Positions 1 to 13,712 of a stretch of 64,000 bases of DNA are shown here, piece by piece; position 1 is the stretch's first letter; each line of letters starts with the position of its first letter. The notes under the pieces were generated by a model. It did no database searches. It saw only the letters and a program-made list of their open reading frames with translations, and was not told the DNA's origin. The stretch is taken from assembly GCF_963506605.1 (NCBI RefSeq), contig NC_083277.1, positions 75,206,001 to 75,270,000 on the forward strand, in the 5' to 3' direction. Both the position numbers and the translations under genes were made by a program. The DNA is from Zootoca vivipara (Eukaryota).

Positions 1-2392
1 TAGATCCCTCAAAGGAGGAATGATAGGAGTTAGAGATCAACATCAGCTGCAGGGCAAAGTGTTCCCTGATCCTGCTTTATAGATGCTGGTCACACACAAG
101 CCTGTTTATTGAACTTTCATCTCTATTTGCTTGCAGTAAGGTTATTTGACATTGAATAAAGCAACTGCTATCCCACACTTTTCTGTGCAAAGCCAAATCA
201 CTTTCCTAAAAAAATAATAAAAACAAAACATAAAAATCAACAACTTTTGGAAGTCGAAGGTCCTGCAGTCAATCAGAAGCCGTGCTTTGGAAGTTGAACG
301 GACTTCCGGAACGGATTCTGTTCGACTTCCAAAGTATGACTATATAGGAAAGCCTTTGTAGACCTAAAAGGCAACATAGAGGAAAGGTATAAGAATATAC
401 TGGACGGGCAATTTTCCAACTAACTACATGTTCCATGTTTTTGAAATTATATGTCTGTTATATTCTATGTATTTGTCTATATACAGTTATTATTTATTTA
501 TTTATTGTAGCAAAAAGTACTCAGAATTTTCCAAAACTGCTGCTGAAGGGTAAGAAGTATGATTTAAAAAACCAAAACAGAACCAGAAATCAAATGCTAG
601 CTGGAATCTTAAAGAATAGCAAACCAATTCACTAGTTCAAATAAAATGTAGGGGTTTTTTTCTCCCCAGATTCATTTTTATACATAAACAATACACATAA
701 AAGGATTGTTAAAACCATGCACAAGGATATTGCTAATTGCTTCAGCCACCTAAAAGGCAATTGATAACCCTATGCACTTACCTGGGAGTAAGCACTACTT
801 AACCAGTAGGATTTACATTTAAGTAAATATGCATAGGATTGCACTGTCAATGACTATACTGGTAGGAGCCTATAGGAGAACACGGAGCATCTCGTACATA
901 GATGAACAGTAGGTAAAACAAGTCAAAAATAGAAGCTATAAAGGATGGCAACAGCATGAACACCGTAAGGAATTTCCTATGAAGTCACTGGAAACCTTAT
1001 ACATATAGCTATAAACTGCTCTAACTAGCTTAAGCATAAGAAAAATGTACACAGACTGCAGCTGGAAACAGCAAAAAATAAATAGCATAAAGGCTGCCCC
1101 CAGAAACGCACTGGCAACACATTAAAGCTAACTTCAACTACTATACTGCACTGACCTCAGCTCTGACACCCACCCAATTAAATCTAATGAAAAGAGAAGT
1201 AAATCAGCCTGAAGCTGTTACAGTCCACAGTGGGGGTGGATGAGCAGTTGTGGTACAGCTCGGGTGAGGCTGCCTATTCCAACATGCAGAAAGCAAATGG
1301 CCTTGCAATGTCTCCTCTTCAGCACTCTCCTGCTCAAAAAAAGGCCTTTTGTCTTTTGCCATTGCTTGCCATTACTCCCCTTGTCATGCCTACCATGGAT
1401 TCACCAACAGCAAGAAGTTGGGGCTCATCCACAACTTTGCTCCGAGCTTTGGTCCAAGCACCATGTCCAAGCACTTTTTCTTTCTTACTTTCTTTTTGCC
1501 CCGGCACTTGCCCTGCAAAACCCCCGCACTTTAGCATTGAATCGGAACAAAAGGCAATTCTGGTTTTCCGCGAGTTCCCCAACCATGCCACTAGTTGAAG
1601 CCATGCAAATACAATGAGGCCTGTCTGGTGGCACAGTAAAGGAGCAGCCACCATTGCAAACTTTAGTTTGAAAGTATATGTATATCAAATTTATATTGTA
1701 AACCCACGCTACAAAGTTCTAACAGAAATGGAAGAAAATAAGCTGGGAAGAGAGTTTCATCCTAATGAATGAAACCTCTAGTGTGCTGAGAAAAACAGTT
1801 CTGCTTTCTGTCACCTTTACTATTCTAACAAGTCCTTGGGAATTCATTTGAAACCCAGTTTATAGTTGCTTTGTGCTCTGAATAGGCTTATGATCCTTCT
1901 GCAGACTGCTATGGATGCCTCTCTCCCCTGGCTCTTACCATTCCCTGCCTTTGTTACCTGGGCAGAGAATGAGAATGTCAGGTGGGGGACTGCATAAAGT
2001 AGGCCACAGGCACTACTCCCAGGAATGCTTAAGTCACTGGCTTGGGAAGCCTTGCTGGTTTAAAGAAAAAGGGTGGTGGGGTGGGTGGGGAGGAAGCTGT
2101 TCCCTTTGCCAACTATGAATGTGCAAAAAGAATGAAGTAAGGGCTTGTTTTCAGGGGGCAGAGAGTAGATTGTTAACACATCTCACCTACTCCTACCCCT
2201 ACCATGAAGAGAATTCATGACTATTAATTAAGCTGCCCTGGGTTTTTTTTAAAATACTATATTAATTAGTAAAATAAACTCCCCAGTTAAGCTAACGGGA
2301 AAAGAGAAAAAAGAAGATTCAGGATGTAATCCTATAAACATCTTCCTACAATGAAGTCCCCCTGAGTTCAGTGGGGCAGACAGATTATAAAC

Positions 2393-2642
2393 CATGGGTA
2401 AGCAAACTAAAGCCCAGGGGCTGGATCCGGCCCAATCGTCTTCTAAATCTGGCCTGCGGACAGTCCGGGAATCAGCGTGTTTTTACATGAGTAGAATGTG
2501 CCCTTTTATTTAAAATGCATCTCTGGGTTATTTGTGGGGCATATGAATTTGTTCATCCCCCCCAAAAAAAAATAGTCAGGCCCCCCACAAGGTCTGAGGG
2601 ATAGTGGACCAGCCCCCTGCCGAAAATGTTTGCTGACCCCTG
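2393..2642. mobile_element. hAT-type non-autonomous DNA transposon (same family as 59430-59682)
   Basis: Degenerate TIRs CATGGGTAAGCAAAC...TTTGCTGACCCCTG; internal sequence closely matches 59430-59682. Confidence 0.75.
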
Positions 2643-3699
2643 TATAAATGTTTCAATCTGTCTGCCCAAAATTCCAATACTGGATTTTTTAGACATATGT
2701 AATGTATAGTAAATAATTTCTAGAATATAGGATTGTATCCAATTAAGTTGTCTTGCTAGTGCAAAGATGCCTGTACAATGGGGCATCTTCTCCCTGAACC
2801 TTCCCAAATTCATTCTGGGGGCTTCCCAACCCTCCATAGCAGATGGGGGGGGGTTTCATAAGAAGAGGAAGTCCCATTGAGCTGATGGAAGTCCTTGTGC
2901 TAATGCGGTGACTTCATTGGCCACAGCCCCCTGTATATAGTTCTCACCACGTAGAATTACAATTAAGTGGTGTACAAATCTGTAACATAAAAGAAAGAAG
3001 TTACTAAAAAAATTAGAAGTTTTAGAATATTAATTGTCATTTATTTATCAGCAATAACAAATGTTGGCTTATAAGTATAATTTAAATTTTATCGGTTTTT
3101 AAATGAGTGGCTTTGTCACATCAACTGAAATTCTGTAGGCCTGTTAAGTACTAGCTTCATACAGTACTTGAAATGCTAAAGCTGAAACAGGAAAAAAGTT
3201 AGACATGCCCCTCTCCCCATCCCCCTCAGCAAATCGAGACTTTTTTCTTTACAGCCAAGAGCAGACATGCAGTTAGTTTCTGTTTTATGGAACTGGAGAG
3301 GAGACAGACAGGTTTTTTTGTTTTTAAAGACAATTTCTTTAGCAGAATCATCAAAAATGTCTGACTCCTTCAACTATACACCAGTATATAAAAGCCAGAG
3401 ATAAAAGAGCAGCATTGTACAGATGGCAATTGCCAGAAGTATCCCAGACTTGCCACAAAAGGATATTAGGAGCAGTTCGACTGAGGCAAGATGCCATTAT
3501 TAGCAGACTGAAGTCTTGTAAGAAGGCAGGAATACCTCAAGTTATTTCTCAATGGGGACCCAAACTGCCAGATGCACACAAAGAATCATTGCAACCATTT
3601 TTATGTTGACCAACTAAACTCAAAACAGGGATGGGCCAACAAAAAAAAGGCAATATGTAACCATTCTTTATAACAAAACAAAAGCTCCCATACATTTTA

Positions 3700-4058
3700 G
3701 GCAGACCCAGGTGGCGCTGTGGTTAAATCACTGAGCCTAGGGCTTGCTGATCAGAAGGTCGGCGGTTCGAATCCCTGTGACGGGGTGAGCTCCCGTTGCT
3801 TGGTCCCAGCTCCTGCCAACCTAGCAGTTCGAAAGCACGTCAAAATGCAAGTAGATAAATAGGAACCGCTATAGCGGGAAGGTAAACGGCGTTTCCATGT
3901 GCTGCTCTAGTTTGCCAGAAGCGGCTTTGTCATGCTGGCCACATGACCTGGAAGCTATACGCCGGCTCCCTTGGCCAATAATGCGAGATGAGCGCGCAAC
4001 CCCAGAGTCGGTCACGACTGGACCTAATGGTCAGGGGTCCCTTTACCTTTACCTTTAC
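3700..4058 (+). mobile_element. Sauria SINE, near full length
   Basis: tRNA-like head with A box (GGTGGCGCTGTGG) and B box (GGTTCGAATCC), central AACCTAGCAGTTCGAAAGCAC block, BovB-like 3' end and (ACCTTT)n tail. Confidence 0.9.
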
Positions 4059-4193
4059 ATAGCTGATAATGAGTGTTGCCTTTCCCTGTAGCTCGACAGT
4101 AAGAGACACAGCTGGGGACCAATTTAATGTAAGTAATAATTATATCTGAAAACACAAAATAACATGCTACTTGTTTCTAATAAACTGGTACCT

Positions 4194-4196
<3 letters not shown>

Positions 4197-4234
<38 letters not shown>
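4197..4234. repeat. (TG)n microsatellite
   Basis: Direct reading. Confidence 0.95.
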
Positions 4235-4238
<4 letters not shown>

Positions 4239-5982
4239 CACTACCCCAATATAGTACTCTACTTCCTCAAAAAAAAAAAGCCCCTGAACCCAGGGAGAGA
4301 GCACATGGACTGTGTTAGGGTCCAAGCAAATGAAATAAAAAGGCATGTACCTCCAATTATAACCCCTGGTACTCACATCATATTCTACCTGTTGCAGTTC
4401 ATAACTCACTCATGTTATCCAACTCTGAGCAGGCTCATGAAAAGCAGCTAAAACCGCCAGAAAACGCTCCTGTGCAGTTCCTACTTGTAGAGCTATCTAA
4501 CACGGTTAGAACAATTCCTATGTGAGTGCAGGGATCATGGAAGTGACCAACAAGGTAAGAGGAGCCCTGCTGGATCAGATCAAAGTCCACCGGTGACCAG
4601 CCAGATGCCACTGGAAAGCCCACAAGTAGGACATGAAAGCAGATCCAAGGTGGATCCTGTTCCCAGATTGGTCTGCTGACTAGACTAGACCTACGCACCT
4701 GAAGCTACCATTCCACAAATACCATTCGTTCTACAAATTCCCAACTGGCAACTGATGTTATCCAGATAGTATGACAAAATTTGAAGGGAGTTTGAAGGAT
4801 ATTATGCTATACCAATATTGCCTAAATCAGTCCCTCTGTGGGCCGGAGCAGTGTGCAGGGACTCACCAAGTGAGCGGCTTGGTTCAGGGGCGGCTCATGG
4901 GCCGGTTAAACGACCCCCATGGGCCGCTTGTGGCCCATGGGCCTTGGGTTGCTGACCCTTGATATAGAGATCTGATTTCAGGTGTGTACGACATGTCCCC
5001 TTCTATACCTGCAAAAAGTGATGCTCTTCTAATCAACATGCAGTGTCTGGAACACCTTCCAGATGCAAATGAGCATGCGAGTTGAAGTCTATAGAATGGG
5101 TAACAAATGCAAACACAAAGCGGGGCAGTTACCAGGCACTTAAAACATCATACACAGGAAAAATAATCAATATGCCCTGCATAATTAATCACAGCAGACT
5201 AACAGGGGTAAATTACTCTCTCTGGAAGAAAAACTGACAGAACGACAAATGAAACAAAGAAGATAAATAATCTTCCAGTCTCACATGCTTCCTTTCCACA
5301 ATCCGACTATAATCAATGAACCTTTTCTCACAAGGCTGAGCCCTATAGTCACGAATACCTAAACTAGAAAACTCTGCACTTCTTCAACTGTGTCCCTGTT
5401 CAGTTGAGCAGAACCCAAAAGAATGAGGTTTCCAGAACTAGTCAACTTCTTAGGCATGTAGACTGCTTTTATCCTGGAAGTTTCTTTCTCAACACTAGTT
5501 GCTCCCCCAAAATTTTTTTGGGCCGCTTCATACATGCACAATTCACACAATTATTTGATTGTTCAATAACATATGACTCACAGCTGAATGTGTAAACAGA
5601 CCCCAATATAAAACACTGTGTGACTACTGTGGTATTTGATCTGTGATATATCTGTGAATAAGCCAAGTTCTCATTGCAGTCCTCAACGTGATAAAACATG
5701 CACGAGTGAACCAACTTTTTATCGTCTCACCACCCCACCTCTGTCAAATTACCATTCCTTCCTCATTTTCTAATTATTACACTGATTCTTAGAGGCTCAG
5801 TTACAACAGGGATAGAGGACCTCTGGTGTTCAGATGTTTGACTTCCAACTCCCTTCCTCCCCGGCCAGTACTACCAATTGTCAGAGATTAGGAAAGCTGT
5901 AATCTGGCAAATCTGGAGGTCTGCATATTTCCCACCCGTTCTAGGCTCTTATCTCCCAAAGGTCTAAGTAAGTGAAGAACTA

Positions 5983-6255
5983 CCATGTTGGCCTGAATAT
6001 AAGCCTCACCCTTTTTCTTTTTCTTTCAAATTCTGACCGTGAAAAGTTGAAGTGCGTCTTAAATTCGCGACCTTACAAAAATTGGCTATTATGATATCGC
6101 TGCTGAAACAGACATACGGTAAAACAGAACGGGTGTGAGTGCCTGCAGAATTTTAAGGGAGCAGCTTATATTAGGGTATCGTCTCTCTCCCCCCCCCCCG
6201 AATTTTAGAGGTGCGACTTATATTCGGGTGCGGCTTATATTCGGGCCAATACGGT
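5983..6255. mobile_element. Tc1/mariner-type MITE
   Basis: Imperfect TIRs CCATGTTGGCCTGAATATAAGCC / GGCTTATATTCGGGCCAATACGG. Confidence 0.6.
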
Positions 6256-8706
6256 GATCCTCTTTGGTAGATTTTCTAGCAGCAGTGCTTCATGAGCAAG
6301 TTTATAAGGAAGCTTTCAGATGTTTTGTCAGTTGGACCAAACCAGTGGTGTTTGTGCCCATGGGAAGTGCCACTTCAAACACACTCATATAGAATAGGAT
6401 GCCACTTATTTTACCTCACAATTCTTTTTTCCAGAAAGTCCCCCTTGGTTACTCTTTCCACACATTAAACACCCTGCCTCTGTGGCAACAACAGAAGCGT
6501 GCGAGTGTGCGTGGCAAAACCAACTTTAAAGCAGCATCCTTATTCATTTGTTCCAAAAAGGGAACTTGCCCCATTCCTGGACTGATTGAACCCATCAGGA
6601 AGAATCTTGGGTGTTGCTTATTTTCAATATTTTGCTCAATGGGTATTTGAGCTTTGTCAGTTAAATCAGTCATCCAGGAAGAGACAGAGAACATGATCTC
6701 TAGAGCAAATTGTTACTTCCCACTTTTTCCCCCAGCAAAAGATATTAAGTACTTTTTCATCAGTCTAGCACCCGCCTGGGTGGGTGGTCAGAACTGCCAC
6801 AATTTGAACTTTGTTTTGCCGAAAAGGTGGGTTAAGGAAAAAGAAAAAGTGCCTGGCTAAGCAGGCCAACAGTTCAGCCATTCTCTGCTTAAACCACAAA
6901 GACTCAGCTCTGTCACACGTCTTTGGTTCCTCATGGAGGCTCTCTGCCAAAATCCTTAACTAGCCAAGCAGACAGATGCTGGATTGAAAATTACTCCATG
7001 CAGCAGCAAATCTTTTGAACATGCAAGGGTCATGGGAAACAAATCACGGTATGAATCCAAAAATTGTAGGAAAGCTATTAAAAAAAGGGGGGATGGTTGA
7101 AAAACAGGAGAATATCAGTAAACCGTCTGTTCCTAACTGATAATGGCCATGGATTCAGCTAGCACACTTAAGCATGTATTTTTTTTAATTTATATACCAT
7201 TCTACCATTTACATGCTCAAGATGTCCAACAAAATTACACATACCACGAAAAGTTATTCCATCATATGAAAAACAAAAAGGATCACATTGTGACATGCCA
7301 TATTAACCCAACATAAAAACTGATCATGGGTGTTCTGCTAAGGCCAAAAGTAGCTTTGCCCCTCACATCATAGCCCCCACCTTGCAACCTTCATTTTATC
7401 ATCAGGTCAGGAAACTTGACAACTTTCGAGTACAACAGCAAGGAGAAGATAAATGTGTTGAAGTTTAGGAACAAACAGGGGAGAGTTAGTGTGTGTATTG
7501 TAGTCAGTAGCACCCTTTGCATTCATCAGTGCTACCTTCTCATTTCATGGAGCCTAGTGTCCTAAGCAAACTCCACATTTTACCCAGGAATTGGGGTCAT
7601 GAAGTGGAATTAGATGCTGAATCTGGGCCCTTTAAACCATTGCTGCCACTGCTTCATTTCAACTAACTCCTGAAGAAGCAGAAGGTACCTGGCAACCAAG
7701 TGTTTACTCTGGGACAAAAGAGGACCATTTCTCCCTTTGGCAGCCATCTCTCCCCATTCCTCTTTAATTATCTTCACTCTACAGTAGTTTAAATAAAGTG
7801 GAATGGCAACTACAGGGTCAGCAACGTATTTGAAAATGATCCAGAGCAGATACCTATGAAAACATTTCAAAGTGTGTAATAAGCCACAGGAATTCAAACT
7901 GAGCCTGTGGAGAGGAACAAAGCTCTATGTTTTCTCTAATTTATTTCCCATTGATCTATGGCCTCAATAAAAGACGGTTATTACCTTTGGCATCACCAGG
8001 TAGCACAAAGAGTATCATGCTCTGTTACTAACGGTAGAATACAAACACTATTAGTTGTCAAATAAGCATCCCATATATCACAGTATTACAGCCACTGCCA
8101 TTTACTGTTAGTGATGAAAAGGAGTTTTAAAAATGTTGTGCGCATATAAATCTTCTAATTCAAGCCTAGTAAATTAGTAGCATTTAACTTGTATATATTT
8201 AAAGCAATTCCAATATGCAGATTATTAATATGCTCTCGTGCATCTTCCTAAGAACCACAGCATTCTTGTGCCTGAGAATTAAATTTGTACACTTAAGCAA
8301 TGCTGTAAAAGACTTGATGCAGTTCTAGAAATGGGAAGGGCAGCTTGCTGGAACCAATTTGATGGAAACTCATCATGTTTTCCTTTCTCCAACATGTTTA
8401 TTTAGCTGCCCCCATACTACCAAGTCACTGGAACGCATGAATCAGAAGCATCATGCACAATACGGTGTCCCCATATTTCTTAAAAGATTCACAGTCAATG
8501 CAAGGCTGTATTTCAGAAGAGGCCATCATTTGCACGAACTTGAATAAACCAAAGAAAAGCAGGCAAGCCACATTGATGGAGGTTCGAAGTACCCGAAGAA
8601 GACATATGATTAAGCATGTGCACTAACCAGATTCTGCAACCTAAGGCTCATCAGTGCTAAGCCCATGAGAAGGATGCAAAAGGAAGGCTACTAGAATATA
8701 GTGGTA

Positions 8707-8900
8707 CAGTGGTACCTCGGGTTAAGAACTTAATTCGTTCTGGAGGTCCGTTCTTAACCTGAGGTACCACTTTAGCTAATGGGGCCTCCCGCTGCCGCGT
8801 GATTTCTGTTCTCATCCTGAGGTAAAGTTCTTAACCAAGGTACTATTTCTGGGTTAGCAGAGTCTGTAACCTGAAGTGTTTGTAACCCGAGGTACCATGG
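8707..8900. mobile_element. Tigger/pogo-type MITE
   Basis: TA|CAGTGGTACCTCGGGTTA ... TAACCCGAGGTACCATGG|TA; TA target duplication. Confidence 0.8.
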
Positions 8901-9048
8901 TAATACACAACTCCCCAGATAAGACGAAACGGGATCTAGTTTCCAGTTTTAAACAGACTGGGTTTCCCTGGAATCAAGGTGAAGACCAAATGTTAAAAGT
9001 TCTGTTTTAGATTTAGCACAGGCTTAGCAAGCATTGTATATTACAGTA

Positions 9049-9465
9049 CAGTGGTACCTCGGTTTATGAACACAATTGGTTCCGGAAGTCTGTTCATAAA
9101 CTGAAGCGTTCATAAACTGAAGCGAACTTTCCCATTGAAAGTAATGGAAAGTGAATTAATCCGTTCCAGACGGTCCGCGGAGTAAGCGTTCATAAACTGA
9201 AGCAAACTTTCCCATTGAAAGTAATGGAAAGTGGATTAATCCGTTCCAGACGGGTCCACGGAGTACTTAAACTGAAGCGTTCATAAACTGAAGCATGGGT
9301 GTAATTGGTTCCGGAAGTCTGTTCATAAACTGAAGCGTTCATAAACTGAAGCAAACTTTCCCATTGAAAGTAATGGAAAATGAATTAATCCGTTCCAGAT
9401 GGGTCCGCGGCGTTCATAAACCGAAAATTCATAAACCGAGGTGTTCATAAACCGAGGTTCCACTG
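9049..9465. mobile_element. Tigger/pogo-type MITE with internal tandem duplications
   Basis: TA|CAGTGGTACCTCGGTTTATGAAC ... GTTCATAAACCGAGGTTCCACTG|TA; three internal copies of the TTTCCCATTGAAAGTAATGGAAA block. Confidence 0.9.
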
Positions 9466-10449
9466 TATTGCATGCTACTTGGAAAACAGTGATACAACTG
9501 TGCATGTGTGTGTTTGTTTATCACATCAAACTTGAAGTACAATTTCAAGTTTTCTGTTCTGCCACAGGAACGGGGGGGGGGGTACCCCTCTGCATCCCCT
9601 TCATGAGCTTAGTGGAGATAAATCTACAACATTATAGGAGCTTGTTAGCAAAAGGTATTCTCTGTTACAATCTACCGTATTTCTTTTAGATTATCCGCTT
9701 TGTAAACTCTATTCAGAAAAAAACCACCTTTCTGTGTAAGGTCTCACAACATCGCCAGGTTCTCCCAACAATCTCGGGCCATAGCAGTTACTCACACTTC
9801 ACAGAGAAAAGACAGAAGCTTTGTTTTGTTGCCCTAGCATTCAGTCAACCACAGGTTCTTTTCACCTCCAAACACCATGTGCACAAACATACCCCTTCAC
9901 AGGGAAGTCTTAGTTTGATTTTACACCTCCAATGTTCTGCCATGCTAAGAAAAAATACAGGGAGAATATTGCTCATCTCAAATATTCTGTAATATTTGTG
10001 TAAATATAACAGTATTATCTTCCACTGTGCACAGGTCACACATTTCTAGTGATCTTCACGCATTCAGAGTAATTCCCTTAGGTGCACCAGACAACTTTAA
10101 ACTTTTTACAAAAAGGCCCATTAATTGGTTAAATATTCCCGTTTGGGTATGTTATAACGGATTTCACTAACAGTAAGTCCTTGGCTAACAAAAGCCGTGT
10201 CTTTTTCCTTCTTTCAAGTTCCTGGCACAGCGCTGAACCCACACGACACACCACACAAAACTTCAATTCTGGCATCAGTGCACAGAATAAATGGGTTGCT
10301 AGAATCAGCAAAAAATGAGCACTGCAGAGTGCATGAGGCAATTAATAATTTCCCTGAAAGCCTCACATTTTTCAATCCATATAGATCCAGTCGTAAGACA
10401 TGTCATGGGAGCTAAGAGAGATATTCATATTCCTTTTATTTAGACACTG

Positions 10450-10870
10450 AATCATAGAATTGTAGAGTTGGAAGGGAGCCTTCGGGTCATCTAGTCCAAC
10501 TCCTTGCAATGCAGTAATCTCAACTAGATTGTACATGACAGATGGCCATCCAACCTCTGCTTAAAAGCCTCCAAAAAAATATATGTTTTTTAATGAAGCC
10601 ACACTGATTCTTTAGAGTCCTCCCATTTTCTTTCTTGTTGGAATAGTCTGCATTTTGCCTTCAATGTGTCACCTTTAAGAAACTACCATCCACCTTGGAT
10701 TCCCTTCTCTTTGAGTATTTCTGACCATGTGATCTCATCCAGCACCTACTTAAGCTTTTTGAAATCAGCCTTCTTAAAGTCCAGAGTGCATGTCCAACTA
10801 CACTCAGATTTCCCTTGCCTCTCAATCATTAAACCAAGGAGGACACAATCACCTGCTTCCAATATTCCCA
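10450..10870 (-). mobile_element. CR1 LINE fragments (3' end plus internal ORF2 remnant)
   Basis: CR1 3' terminus in reverse (GAATCATAGAATTGTAGAGTTGGAAGGG); the minus strand near 10750-10800 reads TLDFKKADFKKL, typical of CR1 ORF2 after the endonuclease. Confidence 0.7.
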
Positions 10871-11188
10871 TGGTTAATATACCTACTGAGATCATTTAAA
10901 AAGTTTTTTATTGCACATTCCCTTGAAACAACTGTAACTCTGTAAGTATTTATGTGCTATTTACTCTCACAGAACAGGTGAGCTAAGAAAATGAAATGCA
11001 GCAGCTATTTCTATTGTCCTTCCATCACTGTGCACACAAAAGAATTGAGCTTGCTACTAAAATAGGTGCTGTAGAGATTTTAGTACTTAATATTTAATGG
11101 TACTTGTTTCAACAGGTCACAATTCACACATGTGCACAGGGCCTAAAACAAATTAAACTTTTCATTTGATAGCTGATAAGGATAAAGC

Positions 11189-11615
11189 CTGTCTTTGTCC
11201 ATGGAGTTTTCTTGGCAAAATACTGGAGTGGTTTGCCAGTTCCTTCTCCAGGTGGATCACATTTAGTTGAAACTCTCAGCTATGACCTGTCCGTCTTGGG
11301 TGGCCCTGCACAGCAGAGCTCATAGCTTCTCTGAGTTATTCAAGGCACTGATCCATGAAGGAGTGATCCATCCAATACTTTGGCCACCTCATGAGAAGAG
11401 AAGACTCCCTGGAAAAGACCCTGATGCTGGGAAAGATGGAGGGCACTAGGAGAAGGGGACGACAGAGGACGAGATGGTTGGACAGTGTTCTCGAAGCTAC
11501 CAACATGAGTCTGACCAAACTGCAGGAGGCAGTGGAAGACAGGAGTGGCTGATCGTGCTCTGGTCCATGGGGTCACGAAGAGTCGGACACGACTAAATGA
11601 CTAAACAACAACAAA
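11189..11615 (+). mobile_element. BovB (RTE) derivative: 5' UTR joined directly to 3' end
   Basis: BovB 5'UTR-like GTCCATGGAGTTTTCTTGGCAAAATACTGGAGTGG followed by the 3' end (YFGHLMRREDSLEKTLMLGK coding remnant, GGGGTCACGAAGAGTCGGACACGACT, (CAA)n tail); TSD GATAAAGC at 11181-11188 and 11616-11623. Confidence 0.85.
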
Positions 11616-13577
11616 GATAAAGCATGAAAGAAGAAAAAAATAATTCCCAATAATGTTAATGTTTAATGTAACTAACTGTGTTTTGGAACTGAACAAAATT
11701 GACAAAGATAAAAGACCATTACAGTATATCAAACAAAACAATAAACATGGCTGGTGCTACATTTAAAGAAGGATGTGCTTAACTTGGCACCTTTCAAAAA
11801 CTTAAGCAAATCTTTTTAGAATCCAGTGTTAAACAAGGAAGTGTGTGTGTGTGTTTCTGTCTCTCTCTCTGTGTGTGTGTGTGTCTATCATGTTAGCTTG
11901 CCATTGCTATTTCTGTAATTTGTGTTTAAAATTATTGACCATTCTCTTCTTTGACACAATATTCTGAAAATATTTGATTAAGACAATGCAAAATTATATA
12001 TAACAAAAAGTAGTTTCAATTGTGTGTACTATTTTGTTTATGTGCTCTGTTATGTTTGATAAATAGTTTCTTTTCCTTGCATTTTGTTTTTGTTTCAGTA
12101 CCTCTAGCCTGTTTTGTTTGCTCTGCTTAGTTTTTGAGAAGGATAATTGGTCTGATTAGTCAATAAAGTCAGCAAAGAATCTCAGATTTACTTTTAAAAC
12201 CCCAGTCCCTTTTGCAAGTGGCATTTAGAATACAACCAGGTAGCCACCCTCAAGCACAAATTGTAGCATAACAGCATATGGTTCAGCCACAAGTTTTGAA
12301 CCAGACTGTGGTGAGAAGAGAGACAGACTCTTTGGGAAATTATGGTAAGTCAAATAAACCAAGCTACACCTCCAGACCCAGCCAATCCCTGCCCATGGTT
12401 AATGAACCTGCAGTAGGTAAGGGATGATGTGACATTGGGGTCTCTTATCTTGGTCTGAGACAGCAACTATAGAACATGAGACAGGATTTTGCTGTCATAC
12501 TCCACTAGCAGTAGACTAGCTGGACTTCTTTGCTGTAGCTTTTAATTAAGTGGCTGTGGGGGTTTAGAACATTAGCTCACACTTCAAGCTTCTTCAACTT
12601 AGAACCAGGGAGGGACAATTATATTTTACTGTAGCAGTGTAGTTCAGAGAGTGAGGGAGGTGAGGAAATACTATCTCACTCTTGAAAGCCAAAAGCCTAC
12701 TGTATTTTTTAAAAGTTCTCCTATCTTCAGGTTCACAGCACATGTGTTTCAAAATAAGTATTTTTTTCAGTGCACACCCACCTTAGGTGATGGTGAGCTT
12801 CCACCACATCACTCTCAGAAATGGGAAACAAACAAACAGGCAGGCAGGCAGACACCACCTCCCCTTGGATATGTTCACAAAAGACTACTTAGTCAATGAA
12901 GTCACACACATAGAGAGACATTATGGTGCATTTTCTTTTAAAGGACAATTGGAAACCAAAACTACATATTCAGAATTGTCATGAATATGAGCTTCCTGGC
13001 ACTCGGAAATTGCACTTTTTGACTTCTGTCCACATAAAAATAAATAAATCTACATACAAAAACAAGGGAGGAACCTTCTAACCAAGACTTCTCCCTGACA
13101 TGTTAGCATTAAAAAGATGCAGAGACTTGTTTTTGTATGGGATTGTCCAAACAGGCAGTCCACACCAGCATTTGGAAGATGCTGCTGCAGATGTTAAGGC
13201 TCTGGAGTCCTGCCCGCATGCTAAGTGTTTTGCTACTGATTATCTCCAACCAAGGCAATAAACATGTTCATTTTGAGCCTACCCCTCCAAATGGTTTGGG
13301 CTCAAGGTTTGGGAACCCCTAGGGTTCAGCTGTCTTTTGCACAAATAATACACACCCATGCCCACTGAACTGCTCTCCCTCTTTCAAATGTTTGCCCTAT
13401 AAATGCTGGTGCAATTATACAACAACGTGTTCCCGTTTTCTGAACAGGAACTTACGTTATGATGAATGCAAAAAGGGTACCAGTGACTAAGACTACAGGT
13501 TGTAGACATTCAGTGGGCCTACTCTGAGTAAGACTTGGTTGGCTACAACTCTATATTCCCACCATTAGGTCCGCCAC

Positions 13578-13712
13578 CAGTGCTTTTTTCTGAGATAATA
13601 GGTGCCAGTACGCACCATGAAATTGTTACAGAAGTGTGGCACTTACTGTAACAACAACAAAGAGGTGCCAATACTGTGTACCCTTGAGTACCCCCTGGGG
13701 GGGGAAGCACTG
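13578..13712. mobile_element. Short hAT-type MITE
   Basis: TIR CAGTGCTT...AAGCACTG; imperfect 8-bp TSD TCCGCCAC/CCCACCAC. Confidence 0.6.

Noticed and set aside
3700-3790. tRNA gene
   Set aside because: The A and B boxes belong to the Sauria SINE head; no complete cloverleaf.
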